From NCBI GenBank assembly GCA_963816145.1, contig CAWFJP010000003.1:192001-256000 (forward strand): a stretch of DNA of 64,000 nt, written 5' to 3'. Positions 56,372-64,000 of this stretch are shown one piece after another (position 1 is the stretch's first letter; the number at the start of each line of letters is the position of its first letter). The notes beneath the pieces were generated by a model, which searched no databases, was not told the DNA's origin, and was given only the letters and a program-made list of their open reading frames with translations. Made by a program: the position numbers and the translations under genes. The DNA comes from an uncultured delta proteobacterium (GTDB lineage: Bacteria > Desulfobacterota > Binatia > UBA9968).

Positions 56372-59300
56372 CTAGGATAACCGTGGGATCTCATAATCCT
56401 GCAACGCCTTCACGTCGAATTCGCTCTGCTTCAGCAACTCAATTCCTTCAGTGGCCGCTTCGGCTCCTGCCATCGTTGTGAAATAAGGGACTTGATAGTC
56501 GACGGCATAACGCCGAATCGCGAACGAGTCAGCATGGGACCGGGAATCCTCGGGGGTGTTGATCACCATGGCGATATCGCCAACCCGGATCCGATCGCCA
56601 ATATGAGGGCTACCATCCTGAACCTTTTTGACGATTTCCGTGGGAACATTGTGGTCTTTAAAGTAGTTTGCCGTACCACGGGTGGCCATAATAAAAAAAC
56701 CGACACGATAAAGCCTGCGCGCAAGAAACGCGGCCGATTCTTTATCGTCGTCTCGCACGCTGATAAACACGCGGCCGGTCTTAGGTAAACGCATGCCGCC
56801 ACCCAGCTGAGCTTTGGCGAAGGCCATGCCGAAATAGTTATCGATACCCATTACTTCCCCGGTGGATTTCATCTCCGGTCCAAGAATGGTGTCGACGCCC
56901 GGGAATTTGTTGAAGGGAAACACCGCTTCCTTCACCGAGATATGGGTCGGTACGATTTCACGCGTCAGTCCTAACTCCTTGAGTTTCCTGCCAACCATGA
57001 TTTTGGCCGCCATCTTCGCCAGCGGCACGCCGATCGCCTTGCTCACGAACGGCACGGTGCGCGATGCTCGCGGGTTCACTTCCAAAACAAAAACGTTGGA
57101 ACCTTGCACGGCGAACTGGACGTTCATTAAGCCGCGCACGTTGAGCGCCTTGGCCAGCGCAATCGTGTGGCGGCGGATTGCATCTTGAACTTCCCGGTTG
57201 ATGGTTTTCGGCGGTAGGCTGCACGCGCTGTCGCCGGAGTGCACCCCGGCATGTTCGATATGCTCCATGATGCCGCCGATAACATAATCGTCGCCATCGC
57301 CCAGCGCATCGACGTCGACCTCGATGGCATCGTCGAGAAACCTATCGATCAACACCGGGTGCTCAGGCGATGCGGACACCGCATGGGTCATGTAGTTTTG
57401 CAAAGCCTCACCGTCATACACGATTTGCATGGCACGGCCGCCGAGCACATAGGAAGGCCGTACCAACACCGGATAGCCAAGCCCCTCGGCGATCTTGAAC
57501 GCTTCGTCGTACGAGCGCGCGATGCCGTTGTCGGGCTGCTTGATCGCCAGGCGGTTGATCAGCGCCGAGAAGCGTTCGCGGTCCTCTGCCAGATCGATGC
57601 TGTCGGGCGATGTGCCGATGATCGGCACACCGGCGTGTTCCAGTGCCAAGGCGAGCTTAAGCGGTGTCTGGCCGCCAAACTGAACGATGACGCCGTCCGG
57701 CTTCTCCCGGTCGACGATATTCATCACCTCTTCCATGGTCAGAGGTTCGAAATAGAGTTTGTCCGAAGTATCGTAGTCCGTGCTCACGGTCTCGGGATTA
57801 CAGTTGACCATGATAGTCTCATAGTCTTCTTCTTTGAGGGCGAACGCCGCATGGACGCAACAGTAATCGAACTCGATGCCTTGGCCGATGCGGTTGGGGC
57901 CGCCGCCAAGAATCATTATTTTCTTGCGCGGCGTGCGCTTGGATTCGTCGGCGCCTTCATAGGTGGAATATAAATACGGCGTGAACGCCTCGAACTCGGC
58001 GCCGCAGGTGTCGACGGAATTGAACACCGCATCGACGCCCTTCTGTTTGCGTGTTTCTCTCACTGCCGCTTCCGTAGCGCCGGTCAACTTGGCGATTCGC
58101 GCATCGGCAAAACCCATTTCCTTCCAACTGCGCAGCGTCGCCGCGTCCAGCTCACTCAGTTTGCCGTGGCAATTTTCAATTTCCCGGTCGGTGGCAATGA
58201 GCTCGCGAATCTTTTCAAGAAACCAGGGATCGTAGGCTGACAGCTGAAAGATATCCTCGGTGCTCATCCCTAGACGATAGGCGTCGCCGACATACCAGAG
58301 CCGCTGCGCGTTGGGATTTTTGAGTTTCTCCCGGACGATCACCAGGGATTCCTGCCGATTCCCGTCGCTGAGGTCCACTTTGGGCTCGAAACCAAAGGAG
58401 CCGGTTTCCAAAGAGCGCATGGCTTTTTGCAAAGACTCCTTGAACGTCCGGCCGATGGCCATCGCTTCGCCCACCGATTTCATTTGCGGTGTCAGCAGAT
58501 CCTTGGCTTGAGGAAATTTTTCGAAGGTGAAACGCGGGATCTTGGTCACCACATAATCGATGGTCGGCTCGAAGCAGGCGGGCGTCTCGCGCGTGATGTC
58601 ATTGCGGATCTCATCCAGGGTGTAGCCGATCGCCAGCTTGGCAGCGATCTTAGCGATGGGAAATCCTGTCGCCTTGCTCGCCAACGCCGAGCTGCGCGAC
58701 ACCCGCGGATTCATCTCGATCACGGTCATGCGGCCGTCCTGCGGATTGACCGCGAATTGAATGTTCGAACCGCCGGTGTCGACACCGATCTCGCGGATGA
58801 CCCGCAAGGAGGCGTCGCGCATGATCTGATACTCTTTGTCCGTCAGCGTCTGCGCCGGCGCCACCGTGATCGAATCGCCGGTGTGCACGCCCATGGGATC
58901 GACGTTTTCTATGGAGCAGATGATCACGACATTGTCTTTGTGATCGCGCATGACCTCCAACTCGTATTCCTTCCAGCCCAAGACCGATTCTTCGATCAGC
59001 ACTTCATGCACCGGCGATATCGCCAGACCGGCTTGCACGACTTCCTTGAATTCGGCGGCGCTATAGGCGAAGTTGCCACCGCTGCCGCCCAATGTGCGCG
59101 ACGCGCGGATGATCACCGGAAAATTGAGGCGCTTTTGGATCCGCTGGGCGTCCTTCATGCTGCGCGCATAGCCGCTGCGCGGCAGGTCCAAGCCGATGCG
59201 GCGCATGGCTTCCTTGAACAGATCGCGGTCTTCCGCTTTTTTGATCGACTCCAGTTTGGCGCCGATCATCTCGACGCCGTACTTTTCCAGGATGCCTTTC

Positions 59301-59611
59301 TCAGCCAAATCAATGGCCAGGTTGAGCGCCGTCTGTCCACCGAGGGTCGGCAAGATCACGTCGGGCCGCTCCTTGGCGATGATTTTCTCGACGATGTCGG
59401 TGGTGATCGGTTCTATATAGGTCCGGTCGGCGAAACCGGGGTCGGTCATGATGGTGGCCGGATTGGAGTTGACCAGGATAACCCGGTAACCCTCTTCCTT
59501 GAGCGCCTTCAAAGCTTGGGTGCCGGAGTAATCGAACTCGCAGGCCTGGCCGATGATAATCGGCCCGGCGCCGATGAGTAAAACGGATTGGATGTCGGTG
59601 CGTTTGGGCAT
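56372..59611 (-). CDS. carB: Carbamoyl-phosphate synthase large chain
   Basis: [17 protein letters not shown], duplicated ATP-grasp, C-terminal MGS domain. Confidence 0.98.
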   Translation of the reverse strand: MPKRTDIQSVLLIGAGPIIIGQACEFDYSGTQALKALKEEGYRVILVNSNPATIMTDPGFADRTYIEPITTDIVEKIIAKERPDVILPTLGGQTALNLAIDLAEKGILEKYGVEMIGAKLESIKKAEDRDLFKEAMRRIGLDLPRSGYARSMKDAQRIQKRLNFPVIIRASRTLGGSGGNFAYSAAEFKEVVQAGLAISPVHEVLIEESVLGWKEYELEVMRDHKDNVVIICSIENVDPMGVHTGDSITVAPAQTLTDKEYQIMRDASLRVIREIGVDTGGSNIQFAVNPQDGRMTVIEMNPRVSRSSALASKATGFPIAKIAAKLAIGYTLDEIRNDITRETPACFEPTIDYVVTKIPRFTFEKFPQAKDLLTPQMKSVGEAMAIGRTFKESLQKAMRSLETGSFGFEPKVDLSDGNRQESLVIVREKLKNPNAQRLWYVGDAYRLGMSTEDIFQLSAYDPWFLEKIRELIATDREIENCHGKLSELDAATLRSWKEMGFADARIAKLTGATEAAVRETRKQKGVDAVFNSVDTCGAEFEAFTPYLYSTYEGADESKRTPRKKIMILGGGPNRIGQGIEFDYCCVHAAFALKEEDYETIMVNCNPETVSTDYDTSDKLYFEPLTMEEVMNIVDREKPDGVIVQFGGQTPLKLALALEHAGVPIIGTSPDSIDLAEDRERFSALINRLAIKQPDNGIARSYDEAFKIAEGLGYPVLVRPSYVLGGRAMQIVYDGEALQNYMTHAVSASPEHPVLIDRFLDDAIEVDVDALGDGDDYVIGGIMEHIEHAGVHSGDSACSLPPKTINREVQDAIRRHTIALAKALNVRGLMNVQFAVQGSNVFVLEVNPRASRTVPFVSKAIGVPLAKMAAKIMVGRKLKELGLTREIVPTHISVKEAVFPFNKFPGVDTILGPEMKSTGEVMGIDNYFGMAFAKAQLGGGMRLPKTGRVFISVRDDDKESAAFLARRLYRVGFFIMATRGTANYFKDHNVPTEIVKKVQDGSPHIGDRIRVGDIAMVINTPEDSRSHADSFAIRRYAVDYQVPYFTTMAGAEAATEGIELLKQSEFDVKALQDYEIPRLS

Positions 59612-59616
59612 GGATG

Positions 59617-60780
59617 CTATGAGCCTCGGTGCTGCGCCATCAGGTCGGTAAAACGTTTGAACAAGTAGTTGGCGTCATGCGGACCGGGCGATGACTCAGG
59701 ATGATACTGCACGGAAAAAATCGGCAACTCGCGGTGGGCCAGCCCTTCCACGGTATTGTCGTTTAAGTTTATATGAGTTAATTGCGCTGCGCCGCCCAGC
59801 GAATCGGCGTCGACGGCAAAGCCATGGTTCTGCGCAGTGATTTCGACCTTGCGCGTGGTCAGATCCATTACCGGCTGATTGCCGCCATGATGGCCGAACT
59901 TGAGTTTGTAAGTCTTGCCGCCTAAGGCCAGGCCCAAGATCTGATGGCCGAGACAGATGCCGAAAATAGGCGTCCTGCCGATCAGTTGCTGCACGTTTTC
60001 TTTCGCGTAAGGCACCGCGTCGGGGTCGCCGGGACCGTTGGAAAGAAAAATCCCATCCGGTTTGAGCGCCAGCACATCGCTGGCCGGCGTCGACGCAGGC
60101 ACCACGCGTACTTGGCAGCCCGATTCGGCGAGATTACGCAGGATGTTGTACTTGATGCCGAAATCATAGGCGACGACGAAATATTTCGGCGCTGAGAAGC
60201 TGCCCTTGCGGCTGCGCTTGGCCGCGCCGCTGCCATTGCGCTGCTTATAGCCACCGACCAGTTGCCACATGCCCTCGTTCCAATCGTAAGCCTCGGGGCA
60301 AGTAACATTCTTGACGAGATCTTGGCCGACCATGCCCGGCGCCGCTTTAGCTTTGGCGACCAGCTCTTCAGCGCTCAGATTGCCGGTCGAGATCACTCCC
60401 TCTTGAGCGCCATGATCGCGCAGATGGCGCACCAGCGTCCGGGTATCGATGCCGTAGATGCCGACGATGCCGTTGGCGCGCATATATTCATGGAGGGACT
60501 GCCCGGCACGCCAGTTGCTCGGCTCGGCGGTGTAGTCTTTGACGATAAAGCCGCGCATGAACGGCCGACGCGACTCGACGTCTTCGAGGTTAACTCCGAC
60601 ATTACCGATTTGCGGATAGGTCATCGCCACCAACTGGCCTTCGTAGGACGGGTCGGTGAGGATCTCCTGGTAGCCGGTCATGCTGGTATTGAACACCACT
60701 TCGCCGGCGGTTTCGCCTTCGGCGCCGAAGCCTACTCCTGTGAAAACTTTGCCGTCCGCCAATGCCAAAATGGCTTTCAT
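59617..60780 (-). CDS. carA: Carbamoyl-phosphate synthase small chain
   Basis: [33 protein letters not shown]. Confidence 0.98.
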   Translation of the reverse strand: MKAILALADGKVFTGVGFGAEGETAGEVVFNTSMTGYQEILTDPSYEGQLVAMTYPQIGNVGVNLEDVESRRPFMRGFIVKDYTAEPSNWRAGQSLHEYMRANGIVGIYGIDTRTLVRHLRDHGAQEGVISTGNLSAEELVAKAKAAPGMVGQDLVKNVTCPEAYDWNEGMWQLVGGYKQRNGSGAAKRSRKGSFSAPKYFVVAYDFGIKYNILRNLAESGCQVRVVPASTPASDVLALKPDGIFLSNGPGDPDAVPYAKENVQQLIGRTPIFGICLGHQILGLALGGKTYKLKFGHHGGNQPVMDLTTRKVEITAQNHGFAVDADSLGGAAQLTHINLNDNTVEGLAHRELPIFSVQYHPESSPGPHDANYLFKRFTDLMAQHRGS

Positions 60781-60784
60781 GAAA

Positions 60785-62737
60785 TTAATGGTTTGCCGCC
60801 TTCTCCCGGCTGGTATTCGCTGCTGTCTGGGCGTTCCCGGCGGGATTGATGATCGAATAGATCACCACGCGGTCATTCACCTCACGGTCCTCGCCGCGCA
60901 AGCGCACCCGCACGCGTTCATTTTCCGAACTCGGAATGTTTTTGCCGACATAGTTGGGCTTCACCGGCACCTCCCGGTGACCGCGATCTACCAACACCGC
61001 CAAGCGCACCGATTGCGGCCGGCCCGAGCGAAAAATAATGCTCAATGCGCTTTTCACCGTGCGTCCGGTATAAATGACGTCGTCAACCAAAACCACTTCG
61101 CGATCTTTAAGGCTGAGCGGCCCGAGGTCGGGATCGGCAGGCCCGATGCGCCGGAGTTCGTCGCCGGAGCCGTAGATTTCAATCTCGCCCAACTCCGGTC
61201 TGCGTTTGCGCCGCGCTTCGATTTGGTTGGCAATGCGTTGGCCCAATTGCGATCCGACGCTTCGGACACCGAGGATCAGCAAGCGGTCGGGATCGCGGCA
61301 GTCGCTGATGATCTCTTGGCTCATGGCCGCCAGGGCATTTTCGATATCGCCCTCAGCCATCAGTATCCGCTGCCCGCTGCTTTTGGTCGGTTCATAGCCC
61401 AACTCTTCAGCTTCCTTGATCGAGTCGAAGAGCGCCAGTTCGCCCTTATCCCACCAGTCATGAATTGTCTCGCTGAGCGCGTTGTCAAACGACGAATAGC
61501 GCTTGGCTTTAACATTGCCGACATAATCGACCTTGAATCGATGATCGCAATAGTCGCAGCCGAGAATCAGCGCGCCGATATGATCGGCGAAGTAAATGCG
61601 AAACCGTCGCTCGGTCGATAGCGGCTCCTTGACCGTAATGCAATTGGCATTATGGCACCTGGGGCCGATGGGCTCGGGACTGCGGAAAGAGCGCTGCGCC
61701 TTGTTCGCGGCGGGCTGTCGCGCGCGATCGCTGCGGAAAAGAAACTCTAACAGCGCCATGCGTACCGGAACACCATAGGCGGCTTGTTTGAAGTAGATAC
61801 CGCGCCGGTCCTTGTCGAGCTCAGGCGAAAGCTCGTCGACCCGCGGCAGCGGATGCATGACGACGGTGTCCTGAAAGCGCTTTTCCTGGAGAAACTCCGG
61901 ACCGATGGTCGGGTAGCCCCCGTTGGCGGCGCCTTCCCTCATCCGTTCTTTTTGTTTGCGGGTCATGTAAAAAACGTCGTAACGCAACCCGGTAGCCATG
62001 CTACTCAGCTGGGATTGAATAACTCTATCCACTTGCGTGTAGAGCGCCAATTGATGCGGCTGCTTGGGCGTCAAATACAAAGCATCAGTTTCAGTAACCA
62101 CGGCATTCAAATCCCCCGACGCCACCGGCGCGAAGCCATAATCGTACTCGCGCTCCAGCCGTTCGATGACGTACTGCGGCAGCTCCATACCATTGGCCGC
62201 CAGCGTCACCACGTTGGCGCCGAAGCGCGCCAAGGCATAGACCAAGGAATGGATTGTCCGGCCGTTCTTAAGATCGCCGCAGACCACCACGGTCAAGCCT
62301 TTGAGATCGCCCTTTTCCTTGCGCAGAGTGTAAAGATCGCACAGCGTCTGGGTCGGATGCTCATGGCCGCCGTCGCCGGCATTGATCACCGGCACATCGG
62401 CATGCTCGGCCATCGCCTGAACCGCACCGTCCCAATTGTGGCGCACGACCAAGACATCGGCATAGCTCGACACGACTTTGGCCGTGTCGGCGACGGTCTC
62501 GCCTTTGGCGGTCGAGGATGCCTTCATATCCGAGCAGGAGATCACCGAACCACCGAGCCGCTGCATCGCCGACTCGAAAGATAGCCGGGTGCGCGTGCTC
62601 GGTTCGTAGAACAACGTCGCCATGATCTGACCGCTGCCGACCTTACCCGCGCGCAGTTTGTCCGCGCCATCGGCCAGCAAAAAGATCTCTTCGATCTCGT
62701 CATTGGTCAGATCGGCTATGGAAATCAGGCTGCGCAT
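60785..62737 (-). CDS. pyrB: Aspartate carbamoyltransferase fused to PyrI-type Zn domain and PyrR-like PRTase domain
   Basis: [30 protein letters not shown]; [10 protein letters not shown]...CDYCD; [35 protein letters not shown]. Confidence 0.92.
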   Translation of the reverse strand: MRSLISIADLTNDEIEEIFLLADGADKLRAGKVGSGQIMATLFYEPSTRTRLSFESAMQRLGGSVISCSDMKASSTAKGETVADTAKVVSSYADVLVVRHNWDGAVQAMAEHADVPVINAGDGGHEHPTQTLCDLYTLRKEKGDLKGLTVVVCGDLKNGRTIHSLVYALARFGANVVTLAANGMELPQYVIERLEREYDYGFAPVASGDLNAVVTETDALYLTPKQPHQLALYTQVDRVIQSQLSSMATGLRYDVFYMTRKQKERMREGAANGGYPTIGPEFLQEKRFQDTVVMHPLPRVDELSPELDKDRRGIYFKQAAYGVPVRMALLEFLFRSDRARQPAANKAQRSFRSPEPIGPRCHNANCITVKEPLSTERRFRIYFADHIGALILGCDYCDHRFKVDYVGNVKAKRYSSFDNALSETIHDWWDKGELALFDSIKEAEELGYEPTKSSGQRILMAEGDIENALAAMSQEIISDCRDPDRLLILGVRSVGSQLGQRIANQIEARRKRRPELGEIEIYGSGDELRRIGPADPDLGPLSLKDREVVLVDDVIYTGRTVKSALSIIFRSGRPQSVRLAVLVDRGHREVPVKPNYVGKNIPSSENERVRVRLRGEDREVNDRVVIYSIINPAGNAQTAANTSREKAANH

Positions 62738-62801
62738 GGTTCGTTGCTAGAATATTTGGCGTGCTGCATAAAGAAAATTGGCCACGAGAATTCGGAGAAT
62801 C

Positions 62802-62911
62802 CTCCCGCAAAGGCGCAAAGACGCAAAGTTTGGAGAAATCAAAAGTACACTCTCATTGATGATTTTCACGACTATTCTCCGACCTTTGCGGCCTTAGCGC
62901 CTTTGCCGGAG
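62802..62911. repeat. 8/9-bp-periodic palindrome (CGCAAAG type) inside pyr operon
   Basis: CTCCCGCAAAG GCGCAAAG ACGCAAAG ... CTTTGCGGC CTTAGCGC CTTTGCCGGAG. Confidence 0.75.
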
Positions 62912-62943
62912 ATATTCCGGGTTTCGGTTGCAGTTGAGCCGAA

Positions 62944-63519
62944 CTAGTTACTCTGCGGAACATCAGTCCGGTTCCTTCTCGGCCACTCCGAAACAATCAC
63001 TTGATCGACGCCGTCGGCTTCATCGAGCATTACATTGACCCTCTGGCCATCTTGGACCTCGATATTCTTGCCGACAATGTCGGCGCGGATCGGTAGCTCA
63101 CGGGCGCCGCGATCGATCAATGCAGCGACCAGAATCCGCTTTGGCTGCCCCAAGCGCTCCACCGCTTCCATCGCTGCGCGAATCGTCCGGCCACGGAAAA
63201 TCACGTCGTCGATCAAAACCACAGTCCGTTCATCGACCGTTACCTGTACCTCGAAAGCCCCCACCGCCGCGCTTGACGACTCCTGCGACTTATCGTCGCG
63301 ATACGGTGTAACATCGATCACCCCCACTGCGGGAGCGATCTTGGCGATTTCGCCGATTTTGCGCGCAATCCGTCGCGCCAAATGCACGCCGCGCGATCGA
63401 ATGCCGATCAAAGCCAGCTCCGCCGGACTACTCGCCTTCTCGACGATCTCATGCGCCATCCGGCTAATCATCCGGCCGATGTCGTCGCGTTCGACTACAA
63501 TTTTCTTCTCGTCAACCAT
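62944..63519 (-). CDS. pyrR: PyrR attenuation regulator / UPRTase
   Basis: RMISRMAHEI, GIRSRG, PYRDD, VLIDDVIFRGRT, DRG.RELPIRAD.VGKN; start is ATG 63519 or GTG 63543. Confidence 0.92.
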   Translation of the reverse strand: MVDEKKIVVERDDIGRMISRMAHEIVEKASSPAELALIGIRSRGVHLARRIARKIGEIAKIAPAVGVIDVTPYRDDKSQESSSAAVGAFEVQVTVDERTVVLIDDVIFRGRTIRAAMEAVERLGQPKRILVAALIDRGARELPIRADIVGKNIEVQDGQRVNVMLDEADGVDQVIVSEWPRRNRTDVPQSN

Positions 63520-63555
63520 AAAAAAAGACCCGCCCGGCGTCACCGAGTGGGTCTT
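63520..63555 (-). terminator. Attenuator intrinsic terminator of pyr leader
   Basis: Minus strand AAGACCCACTCGG-TGACG-CCGGGCGGGTCTT running into a T7 tract. Confidence 0.8.
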
Positions 63556-63595
63556 AGAGAGTCGCGATCTTGTAAATTAAGTTTCGTCATTGTGC

Positions 63596-63628
63596 CCTTT
63601 GCCGACCTCACAGGATCGGATTAAAAGG
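63596..63628 (-). promoter_or_regulatory. PyrR-binding RNA loop
   Basis: CCUUUUAAUCCGAUCCUGUGAGGUCGGCAAAGG fits the UUUAA...UCCNGNGAGG PyrR binding-loop pattern, upstream of terminator and pyrR. Confidence 0.88.
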
Positions 63629-63636
63629 TATAAGAA

Positions 63637-63665
63637 TTTTTAACTTGGAGCTCTCTGAATGTCAA
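63637..63665 (-). promoter_or_regulatory. Possible sigma70 promoter of pyr operon
   Basis: TTGACA-17 bp-TAAAAA, ending about 8 nt upstream of the PyrR loop. Confidence 0.45.
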
Positions 63666-63740
63666 TGTGGTGCGAAGAGTTTTTCCATTTCGAACGTCGC
63701 CCGACACAAATAAACGGCCAAGTGTCCGTCTCAGACCGAT

Positions 63741-64000
63741 TCAATATCTGCTGACAAATGACAAGAAGTCGGTGGTTGGCGAGGCGATGTGGACGCCTTC
63801 AACTAAGAATTTGTTAAATTCAAAATTCAGCGAACTCGCCAGTTTCTCGAAATATGGCGCATCCTTCCTCGTGCAGATTTCAATCACGCTTGCAGGATTC
63901 TCGGCCCAATCCATATTGGCAAGACCCGCGCCATGTTGGCCGATATTCGTTTGTGCATACCTGAAGAGTTGGACCTGCTCCATAAATGGCAGCAGTTCCA
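63741..64000 (-). CDS. Glycosyltransferase family 61 (DUF563)-like C-terminal part, 5' end off window
   Basis: ELLPFMEQVQLF..IGQHGAGLAN..VIEI; frame open to window edge; lower GC. Confidence 0.7.
   Translation of the reverse strand, partial: ELLPFMEQVQLFRYAQTNIGQHGAGLANMDWAENPASVIEICTRKDAPYFEKLASSLNFEFNKFLVEGVHIASPTTDFLSFVSRY

Noticed and set aside
58427-59581. Long antisense ORFs (also 2274-3161, 13313-14176, 46960-47745, 60680-61621, 61784-62584)
   Set aside because: Shadow frames opposite well-supported GC3-rich genes, with no motifs.

Overview
GC-rich bacterial chromosomal segment. The gene content suggests a Candidatus Binatia / Deltaproteobacteria-like lineage, which is an inference: six orphan NitT/TauT-type solute-binding proteins, amidohydrolases, OCD/mu-crystallin, LLM, cupin and thiolase-DUF35 genes. 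A canonical-looking XerCD dif site at 10492-10519 suggests the window spans the replication terminus. Housekeeping blocks are MoxR/VWA-miaB-DUF151-TPR, maf-dus, alaC-hom-apgM-glpX, recG, and a PyrR-attenuated pyrR-pyrB(fusion)-carA-carB operon. Most notable observations: (1) a five-copy, 192-222 bp non-autonomous element without terminal inverted repeats that always inserts at an equivalent position in a 9-bp-periodic palindromic repeat family, with AG at both junctions; it carries a REP doublet and in one copy a third nested 24-bp insert. (2) A PyrB + PyrI-type Zn domain + PyrR-like PRTase triple fusion next to a free PyrR. (3) A palindromic repeat that appears to encode the signal peptide of a solute-binding protein. 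(4) Cysteine-free Asp/Glu-racemase-fold paralogs. (5) Two signal-peptide-bearing SET-domain paralogs. No rRNA, tRNA, CRISPR array, transposase or integrase was recognised. All calls are by eye; no database searches were run.
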